A stretch of DNA of 64,000 bases from Tubulanus polymorphus (lineage: Eukaryota; Animalia; Nemertea), in contig NC_134032.1 of the NCBI RefSeq assembly GCF_964204645.1, forward strand, positions 4,860,175-4,924,174, in the 5' to 3' direction. The notes below the pieces were generated by a model, which was not told where the DNA came from, made no database searches, and worked only from the letters and a program-made list of their open reading frames with translations. This document shows, one piece after another, positions 1 through 10,991 of this stretch. Position 1 is the stretch's first letter; each line of letters begins with the position of its first letter. A program made the position numbers and the translations under genes.

Positions 1-872
1 TATCCTTTTCTGTTGTAAAGTTTGAATCATTTTTAAACATTTTATTACTTTTTGATGTTTTATTCCTTTTTGTATTGTAAACATTTAAATCTAAATATAT
101 AATTTCATTCAATGTTAAGCCAGAACCCTCAAAATATCTTTCTTCAATACGACGTTTAAATACATTAAATATTTTTTCTAACTTCTTTTTTATTTGTGTT
201 TTTGAAATTATTTCTTCAGAGAGTGTTTGAATATTATAATCCATTTTTTCTTCTGACTTTATAAAACTTACTTTCCCAGAGATACTAATTTTTGGATATT
301 CAACATCTGTTATCAAATCTAGTATTTTTTCTATTATTTCATTAAATTTACAATAATCTTCTATTGTTGTACCTTTAAAAAATTTAAATATAATAGCTGC
401 AGGACCAATTTTACTATGTAATGTTTCTAAAATTTCAATTGTATCTTTTATTTCTAATGAATCAATATAATTTCTAACATTTTCCATGTAAGGTTTATTT
501 GAAATGGATTTAGTTTTTGAACTTGGTTTTTTTACTTTTTGAGATTTATCATCAAAATATTCTGATCCTAAAACATTTTTATTTAAATTTTTATAATGTT
601 TTTGTGATTCGAGATGTCTATTATAATTCCTTTTTACTATAAATTCATTACAAACTTCACATTTTATTTCATCCACATTCATATTTTCTAATCTTTCTTT
701 TCTTTCATTGGAATTATCTGGAGTTTCAAAATCTATTAGAATTTTTTATATGATTTGCAGTTTTTTCATGTCGTGTTTTATTAGATGTATCGATGTATTT
801 TTTACAATATGTGCAATAATATTGATTTTTATTAACATTATTGTTTTCTGTCTGGTGTTCATTCTCTCCCAT
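1..872 (-). pseudogene. 5' fragment of a Polinton pPolB gene from another, diverged copy (runs off the window start)
   Basis: The minus strand reads MGENEH..QYYCTYCKKYIDTSNKTRHEKTANH, then after a frameshift CEVCNEF..RHLESQKH, GPAAI and TDVEYPKISISGKV. This is collinear with the N-terminus of ORF 22164-23993 (e.g. nt 281-310 vs 23429-23459). The start codon is in a TAAATG context. Confidence 0.8.
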
Positions 873-903
873 TTATTAGGAAAAAAATTACTTGTGGTGA
901 TTA

Positions 904-1960
904 GTGGTGTCTCGTCCTCTCGTCCTCTCGTATGAAAGCCTACTTTTCCAATTACTTTTGTATAAATCAGATTTTAGGCAAAATATTGTCAAATCAAATT
1001 CAATGGAAGAAGTAGGTATTTTGAGCAACCACACGCGTAATTCATCAAATATCTATTTTCAGGTGATACCTGTTGCAGTGATCGGAAAGAATGGTCGCAC
1101 CGTCGCCACTCATGCGTTGCTGGATTCAGCTCTTGACATTAGCCTCATCAACGATGAATTAGCTCAAGAATTGGGTTTAAAGGGTAAGAAGCAAAGCCTT
1201 ACCATTAATACCCTGTCAACGAGCGTTACTGAAAACTCTCAATGTGTGTCGTTTAAACTGAGGGCTTTGAATGCTCCATGTACTAAATCTGATATACTAG
1301 TAGTGGGATCGGCGTATACAAAATCTGGTTCATTTCGATGCCAAACTCAGAATAAGGCTCTTTGTCAATCACAATTTAAACATTTGGAAGATTTGCCAAT
1401 TGCAGACGTCAATCGAAGTGAAGTAAAGATTTTAATTGGCGCTAATAATCCCCGTGCACATGTTCAGCTTGAAATTCGGGAAGGGCTCTCCGATCAACAA
1501 CCAGTGGGGATTCGAACCCCCCTAGGCTGGTGTATTTTGGGTTCATCATCGCTTTTGCTTACTGATTCATGTCAGACCATCGTAAACAATACTGACTCTG
1601 AAGAGTCATCTCTTGATAATTTAGTTGAACGTTTCTGAGTCATTTGGTGTGGCTTTTAAGGAGTCTAAAGGGTCTATCGATGATCAAAGGTGTGAAAAAA
1701 TTCTAAAAGAATCTACAAAACTCGTTGAGGGTCATTATGAAATAGGCATGTTATGGAAATCAGATGATTCTGTTTTTCCTGATGGTAGGAATTTGGCGTT
1801 AAGTCGATATAGAAATTAAGAGCGTAGGTTGAAAGGTTCCGAGGGTATGCTTCTAAGTTAACGGAGAGTGTGTTAGCGTTTTCAGGGTCACGGATTTGGT
1901 ATATTCCTCATCATTGTGTGCTGAACCTGAACAAACCAGGGAAAGTTCGAGTGGTTTTTG

Positions 1961-1994
<34 letters not shown>

Positions 1995-2028
1995 GCTATA
2001 GAGGGCGTTAGTCTTAACAGAGAACTTC
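904..2028 (+). pseudogene. BEL A aspartic protease and start of RT region
   Basis: THALLDSALDISLI and RTPLGWCILG (Pao peptidase region), [25 protein letters not shown]; stops and frameshifts are present. Confidence 0.85.
1963..1992 (+). repeat. (GCT)10 microsatellite expanded from the DAAA codons of the BEL RT motif
   Basis: Directly visible in sequence. Confidence 0.9.
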
Positions 2029-5000
2029 AAAGAAATGCAAACCGAAAATAAGGACATATTATGGCTCCAAATTGATAAATGTGTGTTTAATACTGATAAA
2101 GACGTTTTCTTAGGTAGTATTTATGTTCCACCAAAAGGCTCGAAGTTTTTTAACAACTATAAATTCGACGACATTGAAATAGAAATTGCATTTCAAAAAA
2201 TAGAACGGGATGTCTTCGTTTGTATAGGGGTAGATTTCAATGATAGAACGGGTAAAGTTAAAGATTATGTTATAGAAAATGATCTTGATGATATTAATCC
2301 TTTCAACCGCCAAATGGCAAATATAACCCATAGAAACAATAAGGACTCCAGCATCAACACAGCTGGCTATCAAGTAAATTGATCTTTGTAAAAGACTAGA
2401 GCTTTTGATTGTTAATGGGAGGGCGCCTGGGGATTTAGAGGGTAATTATACATTCAAAGAAAACAGCGTAATTGATTACTTTGTTTGCTCAGTAGATGTG
2501 TTTGTATCAATCAGCCAGTGTCGACACTTTTAATCCTTTATTTTCAGATGGTCATCATCTTGTGACGATTGAATAAAGAAGCTTCCAGTTTCTAGGCGCC
2601 ATTTTGTGGCGGTCCCTCGAGGTCCCCATTGTTGCGATGATTTGCGCTCATTTTTAAAACATAAATTTAGATTGAATATCATATAGTTGTGCAGCCCCTT
2701 GCTCGACGAAATCAATTTATACAGCTTTTTAAAGGAAATGAAATGCAGATATTTGCTGGCGATTCTTGGAATTTTTGAACGCAACAATTGAGAACAGTGA
2801 CGATGTGAAACCACATAATAATAAAATAATAAAAGTTGCCCAGCCAATAGAGTTACTGATACAATACCTAGGCACAAACCTATCAAATCTATTGAATGGC
2901 AAAGAGACAAATCTCAACAATATAGAACGCTAATTAACAATGCGGAATTGACCGAGCTTAATAGAAATTTAACTAATGTAAATCCCACAACTATAAACAA
3001 AAATTCAGTCGATGACTTGACAAACAAACTTGCGAATATAATGGTCACAGCTGCAGATTCCTGTGGTATGTCCAGACTAAGTCGACCCAGAAAAGTAACC
3101 ACTAAAGGGAATCATAAATGGTATGATAATGAATGTAAGAGACTAAAAAAGATATTTGATAGTCGTAGGAACAAATATAGACAAAGTGGATACGAATTTA
3201 AATGATATGAAAATTGCTGGGAAAAACTATAAAAAAGCTATGTTTGAACGTCAAAAATTCGCCGAGACTACATTTATTAATGAACTAAGATCCTGTGAAT
3301 CAAAAGATCCAAAACAATTCTGGAAATTGATGAATTCGCACAGCAATTCTAACATTCCAACTGACACTGTCACCCTTACATCCAATGGCTTTTTTGATCA
3401 CTTCGCTGACCCAAACGCTCACGATGAGACTGAAGTTTTGGATACGGAAACAGATCTACTATTAGACGATATAGATGACTCTATGGTTAATGCTGAAATA
3501 ACTATGCTAGAATTAAATAAAGCCATTTTTTCCTTAAAAAACAACAAAGCTACCGGTATGGATCTAATTTGTAATGAAATTATAAAAAATTCCGATGATA
3601 ACTTACGCTCATCCTTTCTTCAACTCTTTAATATTGTATTGATGAGTGGTATTATCACAGAAAGCTGGACTATAGGCTCTATTAAACCGATGTTTAAGAA
3701 TGAAGGCAATATTAATTGTACGGATAATTATAGAGGTATAACGCTAGTTAGTTGTTTAGGCAAACATTTTACAAATATCCTTAATAATAGATTAACATGT
3801 TTTATGAAGGTAAATCAACTTTTAAGTGAAAATCAAGCAGGTTTTAGAGCGGGGTATTCTACTACCGATCATCTATTCACATGTTAGTCTATTGTTGAGC
3901 TATACCTTAATCAAGGTAGACGTCTTTTCTATTGCTTCGTAGACTTCCGCAAGGCCTTTGACTCCGTATGGAGAATTGCTTTATGGAAAAAGATGATGGC
4001 TTTAGGTATAAAAGTCTCTTTTTTAACACCGTTCACAACCTCTATTTGAATTCCAAATCTTGTGTATCGTTTAAAGGTGATGCTTCAAATTTTTTCCCTT
4101 CAAACATCGGAGTAAGACAGGGTGAAAGTCTTTCCCCCCTGTTATTCGCTATTTTCCTTAACGATATTGATAAATTCTTCAACGATAACAATAGTAACTC
4201 ACTCACCTTTATTGGCAACGTATACAAAAAAAGTTTTGAAGAAGAAATTGAGGTATTACTGAAATTATTCATATTATTATATGCAGACGACACAATTTTA
4301 TTTGCAGAATCAGAATCTGAATTACAAAACGATTTAAATATACTATTTGATTATTGCCAAGTAAACAAATTATTTGTTAACATTGATAAAACGAAAATAA
4401 TGATTTTCGCAAGATCGAAGCAAAGATTAAAAAACCTTCCCGATTTTCTATTCGGTGATGAGACATTGGAAAGAGTAGATGAGTACAATTATCTTGGAAT
4501 TTTGTTTAATTGGGATGGAAAATTTACAAAAGCGATTCACGACAAAGCTGTTCGAGCAATGTTTTCTATTATTCAAAAAGGCAGAAGATGTAATCTTCCT
4601 CCAGACTTACTTTTTAAATTATTTGATTGTTGTGTGGCACCAATTCTATTGTACGGGTGTGAAATATGGGGCCATGAAAATATCGATATACTAGAAAAAG
4701 TCCACGCAAGGTTTTGTAAATTAGTTCTAAAAGTACCAAAATTCTGCCATAATAGTATGATATATGGCGAGACTGGCAGATTACCTTTATCGACTACTAT
4801 TAAACTTAGAATGATTAAATATTGGAACAAAACTTTGAATGCTAACAAGTCAAAGCTGAATCTAGTAATGTATAATATTTTGTACGACTTATACAGAAAA
4901 GATGTATATGTATCTGATTGGATTTGCCAAATTAAGGAAATTATACAAAACTGTGGGCTGAACTATGTGTGGCAAGACCAGGTAAGCGATCTGCGGTCGA

Positions 5001-5246
5001 TAAATATCATAAAACAATCTCTAAAAGATAGATACATTCAGACATGGAGGGAAAAATTGCAAAATAGTGACATATGCGTAAATTAAAGAATATTTAAACT
5101 TAAATATGATTATGAAAACTATTTATCCGTTGTACCGAACCACCTCATGTATAGTCTCGCTGAATTTCGGATCGGTAGCCGTAAATTAGATGCCAACAAA
5201 CTTAGCAATGTAAATATTGATAGACACGAACGTATTTGTACATATT
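2029..5246 (+). pseudogene. LINE ORF2 (APE endonuclease + reverse transcriptase), disrupted; continues at 24267-24492
   Basis: GSIYVPP, DFNDRTG, IDYF, NYRGITLVSCLGK, QAGFR, GVRQGESLSPLLF, LYADD, YGETGRLPL; C-terminal ERICTY|CSLNKIGDEFHFLFEC is split by the Polinton. Confidence 0.9.
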
Positions 5247-5627
5247 AGTAATAGGGATAATAGGCTTTCATACCAAAGGTCGAAGGGTCGAGCTCGTAAA
5301 AAAATGAAAATAATAATTTACAGTTGAATTAGTCGCGCACACTCCTAATTCAACTGTAAATTATTATTATTTTCATTTTTTTACTCACTCGCCCCTTCAA
5401 CCTTTGATACGAAAGCCTATTATCCCTATTACTCTTAAAATATTCACATAAATGAATAACATTTAAATCATTGAACTTCTAAAATCAATTTTAATAAAAA
5501 ATATAGTATTAAAATGGAAGCAAATAAGTACTACTGCCCAACATGTAATATCGATATAGATAAATCCCAAAAAGCAAGACACAATAAAACTATAACACAT
5601 TTAGAGAATAAATTGAAACTAGAATAT
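5247..5627 (+). repeat. Left terminal inverted repeat (381 bp); first 187 nt form a fold-back hairpin
   Basis: Reverse complement of 23880-24260, with no mismatch seen by eye. Confidence 0.95.
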
Positions 5628-5765
5628 TTACAGTTATATTCAGAACAGTTAACAAAGGGAAAGAAATTTATTGAATTATGGAATAATGATCCAAGTAATG
5701 AACAATACGTTGAGGAATTTATTATCAAGGAATCGAAAGAACTTATCAAAAGCAGCGAGGAATGA
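5514..5765 (+). CDS. Chimeric 83-aa ORF: pPolB N-terminal zinc finger (from the TIR) fused to a paralogue of the HNH protein C-terminus
   Basis: The first 38 aa are identical to ORF 22164-23993. The following LQLYSEQLTKGKKFIELWN matches LQLYLDQLDKAKTFVELWN of ORF 5843-6511. Confidence 0.55.
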   Translation: MEANKYYCPTCNIDIDKSQKARHNKTITHLENKLKLEYLQLYSEQLTKGKKFIELWNNDPSNEQYVEEFIIKESKELIKSSEE

Positions 5766-5818
5766 AAAAGGATGACGTTAGTCGAAGAAATGGAAGAGGA
5801 TTCTAAAATGTTAATCAA

Positions 5819-5845
5819 TTTTAATAAAAATATGTATAATAAATG
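5819..5845 (+). promoter_or_regulatory. Example of second motif class TT(T/C)AATAAAAA-N9-TAAA(A)TG; also at starts 5514/23993, 12972, 19934
   Basis: Identical 9-nt spacing in four unrelated genes. Promoter function is inferred. Confidence 0.6.
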
Positions 5846-6511
5846 GAGCCGGAACAACCACAAATTATCAATATTACAAATAACACTGGCGTTATAAACA
5901 TATACTACAAGAAGTGTTCTAAATGTGAATTAGATAAATTAGCTTTAACAGAATTTAGTAAGCGTAAGATTAGCAAAGATGGTTTTCAAAATTGTTGTAA
6001 AACTTGTGCTAAACTATATACCAAACAATACCGAGAAGATAATAGAGAATCTTATAATGATTATATGACAGAATACATGAGAGAAAAATATAAAACAGAT
6101 CTTAATTTTAGATTAAAACAATGTTTACGGTCTAGATTAACGCAATTATTCAACAAAGAAACACATTCAGAAACACTATCTAATCTATTGGGTTGTTCAG
6201 ATGAATTTCTCAAATCATGGATAATATATCAATTCGATGATAAAATGAATATAGATAATTATGGTGAATACTTTCATATTGATCACGTGTTGCCGATTTC
6301 TAAATTTGACATGAATGATGAATACAATAAAAAACTTATTTGGAACTGGAGAAATTTAAGGCCTTTAGAAAAGAAAGAAAATATAATTAAATCCAATAAA
6401 CTAGATTTACAGTTATATTTAGATCAACTGGATAAAGCAAAGACATTTGTTGAATTATGGAATAGTATTTCACAGAATCAACCGCATTCTGAGGTTTTGA
6501 TCAGTGGTTAG
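5843..6511 (+). CDS. HNH endonuclease with N-terminal Cys4 zinc ribbon
   Basis: KKCSKC..CCKTC; FHIDHVLP..WNWRNLRPLEKKENIIKSN (beta-beta-alpha-metal motif of the large-DNA-virus type). Confidence 0.82.
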   Translation: MEPEQPQIINITNNTGVINIYYKKCSKCELDKLALTEFSKRKISKDGFQNCCKTCAKLYTKQYREDNRESYNDYMTEYMREKYKTDLNFRLKQCLRSRLTQLFNKETHSETLSNLLGCSDEFLKSWIIYQFDDKMNIDNYGEYFHIDHVLPISKFDMNDEYNKKLIWNWRNLRPLEKKENIIKSNKLDLQLYLDQLDKAKTFVELWNSISQNQPHSEVLISG

Positions 6512-6859
6512 AAAGCTGGCAATTCTATTTGAGCTTTGTATGTATATAACACATAGCTTTTGTTTACTACTAAAACATATGTTGCCAAATATATCTTGTT
6601 TTCAATTCTAAAGAATTAATTAACTTCATCATAAAGAACATCTGTGCAGAAGTAATTAGTTTGGTCGAACGTGCGCCACGTTAGCAGTTAGAAATCAACT
6701 TTCACATACATAGTACGTATTGGATATTCTCTCTCAAAACACAGTTTACAGTTCTAAATCTAAATGTAAGTACCGTTTTTTGTAGTTATTATGAAGTAGG
6801 GAAACCTTGAAACATATTTAAGTATAGTAATTCATTTTCACGATATCTTTTAGATTAAA

Positions 6860-7570
6860 ATGGAACACAAAGATCAACCAGAAATTCTAAGCCAACCAAC
6901 GGATGAGGAACGATTGCTACTGGATAGTGAAACTCAGGAATCAATAGAAATAGAGGATGAAACTCTCGTAATTGACGAACAAAATTCACAAACATTACAA
7001 GAACATTTGGACTATCATCAAGAAATGGTGAAAATTCTGAGTGATGTAATACATAATAAACAATTACCAAAATTACCAGCAACGCGACTTAAATTGCTGT
7101 TGGGACTCAAAGAATCGAAAACTAAGAAAATGAGTGGAGAAGAGTTGAACGAGTTTTTAAAATCTAAATTAATCATTGACACAGGACATTTAAACTTTCC
7201 GGAAATACAAAGTGTAGAAGTTATTTCATTTGCTGAAATTACTGATATCTTAAAAAAAAGTTATAAAACCATATTAAATAGAAAAGCAAATCACCTATGG
7301 GACCACATCATTTTCGGGGGTTATCTAAATATAGGGTTTTCAATGTTTGATAAAGAAACTGAGGGGATTTCTTGGGGACTGTGGGTTAAAAAGAACATAG
7401 ATATCAGTGCTGGTTTTGAACGAAAACTGAGAAGAGTAGGTAGATTAATAAAATATGAAAAATTCAAAATATTAGGATTAGCATTTAGTGAAGTAGTAAG
7501 ACATTTACCAGAAATTGAAGAAATGATTGGAAGCGATCCAGTAATTAAAGAATTCTGGACAAAATTATAA
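6860..7570 (+). CDS. Hypothetical protein, possible helical DNA-binding (DUF3102-like) C-terminal domain
   Basis: Intact 236-aa ORF; acidic N-terminus, then GGYLN..SWGLWVKKNIDIS..ERKLRRVGRL. The family call is tentative. Confidence 0.6.
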   Translation: MEHKDQPEILSQPTDEERLLLDSETQESIEIEDETLVIDEQNSQTLQEHLDYHQEMVKILSDVIHNKQLPKLPATRLKLLLGLKESKTKKMSGEELNEFLKSKLIIDTGHLNFPEIQSVEVISFAEITDILKKSYKTILNRKANHLWDHIIFGGYLNIGFSMFDKETEGISWGLWVKKNIDISAGFERKLRRVGRLIKYEKFKILGLAFSEVVRHLPEIEEMIGSDPVIKEFWTKL

Positions 7571-7650
7571 ATTATAATACTGAAGGTCTTAGATATCAAA
7601 AATGTAATCTCGATTGTATATATCTGTTTTAATATTGTATTGTTTACTGT

Positions 7651-7876
7651 TAACTGTGTATTGCGTAATAACCGGTCCGATTGAACCGCTTTTCTATTGT
7701 TCTCCATTGTTCTACTATTGATCGTTGTTGACTGAAACAGCTGCTCAATATTGATTGGTTACAGTTCTATGTTTGAATGTTGTAGTTTACAGAATAAAAA
7801 TATAACTGTGTATTGCGCAATAACCGGTCCTATTGAACCGCATTTCTATTGTTCTCCATTGTTCTATTATCGATCG
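7651..7876 (+). repeat. Two ~74-bp direct repeats (7651-7724, 7803-7876)
   Basis: TAACTGTGTATTGCG(T/C)AATAACCGGTCC..TTCTCCATTGTTCTA..GATCG occurs twice. Confidence 0.9.
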
Positions 7877-8265
7877 CTAAAATTTTTATAAAAAATATAT
7901 GTGTTTATGAAATAGTAATTCCACCAGTCGTTTCTTTGAATTTATTTTCAGTTTTAGGATTTATTATCGAGAATCCGAAATGACTTATCTGGACAGTTAT
8001 TGTTACTGCTCCTAATAGATAGACAATAGTAGTGAGATAATCTAAATCCTAATTTAAATAAAATATAATAAAAATTACATACCTTCAACTATCTATTATT
8101 TCTATTATATTTTTAATATTTTCTTTTCAAAAGAGAATACTTTATATCACAAATAAAAAATACTTAAAAAACAATAACTAATACTAGAATTCTTTAACTT
8201 CAAACTAGCTAGTATCATTTGAAGAATACTTATAATACTATTCTTATTAAATTTCTCTAATATAA

Positions 8266-8871
8266 ATGTCAAAGAAATCTAATAAAAATAGTATTGATAT
8301 TGAAAAGACATTAGATGATTTGGGTATAAGTGATAATAATGATAATGTGGCAACTAAATGTGATAATAAAATTGATAGTAATATTGATTACGAGTACTAT
8401 TTATATTGTAAACATCATCTAGAACTATTGATTGCTGGCGGGAAATCTAAGGACTTCTTAGGAAAAATAATAACTTTTCAAGAACTAGACTCTATGAAAC
8501 CCGATAAAGTAATAAAATATTTTAAGATTTATGAAGAGTCAAGATTAGCTAGAATAAATGATTCTATTTCAGATGGTATTATCAAATGTTATTCAAAATT
8601 ATGTAACCAGTTAATACTAAATAATGATGAAAATAAATTATATAATGATTTGAAAAATGACTATTTAGTTATGACTGAATTACAAAAATGGGTTGGTTAT
8701 GCTTCATTCCAATTAGGATCGGTTATGACGTTGATTTCTACTGGAGTTATAACATTTTCGAACATCAAACCTATGGAATATAAATCAGGTAAGAACGAAA
8801 CAGATGTACTACAACAAAACATCGAAACAGAAAATGAATCAGAACAAAAATTAACTAAAATAAATGAGTGA
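8266..8871 (+). CDS. Conserved Polinton hypothetical protein with C-terminal hydrophobic segment
   Basis: Intact ORF with TAAATG start; a homologous remnant lies in copy 2 at ~37520-37900. Confidence 0.75.
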   Translation: MSKKSNKNSIDIEKTLDDLGISDNNDNVATKCDNKIDSNIDYEYYLYCKHHLELLIAGGKSKDFLGKIITFQELDSMKPDKVIKYFKIYEESRLARINDSISDGIIKCYSKLCNQLILNNDENKLYNDLKNDYLVMTELQKWVGYASFQLGSVMTLISTGVITFSNIKPMEYKSGKNETDVLQQNIETENESEQKLTKINE

Positions 8872-9235
8872 TGGAGTTAAGAAAAAGGCTAGATCCGAGA
8901 AACAAATTAAATGGGCAAGAGAATTAGGTAAAAGATCTTCAGAATTAAAAAAAGCTAAGAAAAAGAAATTATCTGATATAAATGAATCTGATGGTGCCGT
9001 ACAGCACCCACACGGTGGTATTGATTCAAATAATAATCTATCTAATTCTTCTAATAGTGGAAGAAATAATTACTTATATATTACAATTGGGTTAATCACA
9101 GTTATTATATTATCCGGTGTAATATATAAATCAAAATTCAAATCCGATGATAAAGATGATTCCAATGACAATAAACCTATTATACCAGAAAATAAATCAA
9201 ATGAAAATAAATCTAAAATATTATTAATGGATTAA
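8864..9235 (+). CDS. Small basic single-pass membrane protein
   Basis: Basic N-terminus RSEKQIKWARELG and TM segment YLYITIGLITVIILSGVIY; homologue start at 37914 ([13 protein letters not shown]). Confidence 0.75.
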   Translation: MSDGVKKKARSEKQIKWARELGKRSSELKKAKKKKLSDINESDGAVQHPHGGIDSNNNLSNSSNSGRNNYLYITIGLITVIILSGVIYKSKFKSDDKDDSNDNKPIIPENKSNENKSKILLMD

Positions 9236-9238
9236 AAT

Positions 9239-10327
9239 ATGATGAAAAAAGAACAATATTTAAGAGATTTATATTATAACCCAGAAAGTGAAGTATCATA
9301 TTCTAACGTTTCAGAATTATGGGATAAAATTAAATCCGATAATAGCAATATAAAATATAGTGAATTAAAATCATGGTTACAAAATCAACCCACATATCAA
9401 ATTCATAAAAAGATGGATAAAAAATATTTAACAAGAAAAGTAATGGTTTCATATATTGACCAACAATGGCAAGCTGATTTAATTGACATGAAAAACTTAG
9501 AAGAATATAACAAAGGATATTTTTGGATACTAAATGTTATAGATATATTCAGTAGATACGCATGGAGTATCCCGATTAAAAATAAAACCGGTATAGAAGT
9601 TACAAATTCTTTCAAATTAATATTTAAAGAAGCTATCCCAGATAAGATACAATTTGATGAAGGTAAAGAATTTTATAACAAACATTTTAAAAAACTATTA
9701 TCTGATAACGATGTAGAATATTTTTCAACACATTCAGATAAAAAAGCATCTGTTATAGAAAGATTTAATAAAACATTGAAAACTAGAATGTGGAAATATT
9801 TCACCGCTAATGAAACATATAAATATATCGATGTGTTAGATGATTTAGTGAAAGGTTATAATAATTCTAAACATAGTTCTATAAATATGAAACCTATACA
9901 AGCTAGAAAAGAAGAAAATTCAGAAATAGTTTGGAATAATTTATATGGAGCATTTGTTACACATGATTTCGGTGAACCTAAATTTAAAATAGGACAACAT
10001 GTTAGAATTTCTAAATATCGAAAAACATTTTATAAAGGTTATACCCCTAATTTTACTGAAGAAATATTTAAAATTAAAAAGATAATATTAACTAAACCAT
10101 TTGTTTATAAATTGTTTGATTTAAAAGATGAAGAAATATTAGGTTATTTTTATGAACAAGAATTATCATTAGTACCAAATCCAGATGAAATAGAATACAA
10201 AATAGAAAAGGTATTGAAAACAAAAACTCTTAAAGGAAAAAAGTATTCTTTGGTGAAATATAAAGGATATGATGATAAATTTAATGAATGGATTTTATCT
10301 AGTAAAATTAAAAGAATAAATGAATAA
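9239..10327 (+). CDS. Retroviral-like (rve) DDE integrase with C-terminal chromodomain
   Basis: WQADLIDM, IDIFSRYAW, QFDEGKEF, VIERFNKTLK; chromodomain YKIEKVL..LVKYKGYDDKFNEWI. Confidence 0.95.
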   Translation: MMKKEQYLRDLYYNPESEVSYSNVSELWDKIKSDNSNIKYSELKSWLQNQPTYQIHKKMDKKYLTRKVMVSYIDQQWQADLIDMKNLEEYNKGYFWILNVIDIFSRYAWSIPIKNKTGIEVTNSFKLIFKEAIPDKIQFDEGKEFYNKHFKKLLSDNDVEYFSTHSDKKASVIERFNKTLKTRMWKYFTANETYKYIDVLDDLVKGYNNSKHSSINMKPIQARKEENSEIVWNNLYGAFVTHDFGEPKFKIGQHVRISKYRKTFYKGYTPNFTEEIFKIKKIILTKPFVYKLFDLKDEEILGYFYEQELSLVPNPDEIEYKIEKVLKTKTLKGKKYSLVKYKGYDDKFNEWILSSKIKRINE

Positions 10328-10934
10328 AGATTTATTTATATTTGAACCACATAATATGTTAATAACTGGAGTTACAAACTGCGGTAAAACACACTTCATA
10401 TTAGACTTGTTAGAAACTATTTATAAAAATCATTTTGATAATATAATATTATTCTGTCCTACTTATGAAATGAATGAAACGTATAATAGAGATATAGTTT
10501 TTAAAGATAAAAAGTTTATTATATTAAATTCTAAAACAGTAAAAGAAAATTTAGATAATTGTATAAAAATTACATTAGATATTTATAAAGGATCAAATAC
10601 ATTATTTATTATTGATGATTGCGCAAATTTACATGATTCTAAAATTAGAGAAAGTGAGTTATGTTATTTAGCTTTCTCTGGTAGACATTTTGGGATAACA
10701 ACTTGGGTTTTAAATCAGAAATATAATTCAATTGTGAAAGATTTTAGAGAGAATATAAGATTTCTAGTTTTATTCTACAACAAAGATAGAAAATCTATGC
10801 AACAATCATTGGAAGAAAATCAAATTATACCTACTGAATTACATGATGAATATATGAATAAATTAAAAAATAATAAAGGTTCCAAATTACTTATGAGATT
10901 ACAATTTCCATATGAATATAAATTTATAAAATAA
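10320..10934 (+). CDS. A32/FtsK-HerA-family genome packaging ATPase
   Basis: Walker A GVTNCGKT, Walker B LFIIDD, then SGRHFGITTWVLNQ and FRENIR. Confidence 0.92.
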   Translation: MNKDLFIFEPHNMLITGVTNCGKTHFILDLLETIYKNHFDNIILFCPTYEMNETYNRDIVFKDKKFIILNSKTVKENLDNCIKITLDIYKGSNTLFIIDDCANLHDSKIRESELCYLAFSGRHFGITTWVLNQKYNSIVKDFRENIRFLVLFYNKDRKSMQQSLEENQIIPTELHDEYMNKLKNNKGSKLLMRLQFPYEYKFIK

Positions 10935-10991
10935 CTATTTGTTTACCTATATATTAGATATGTATTAGATATGTATTATATAACTCCCCTA

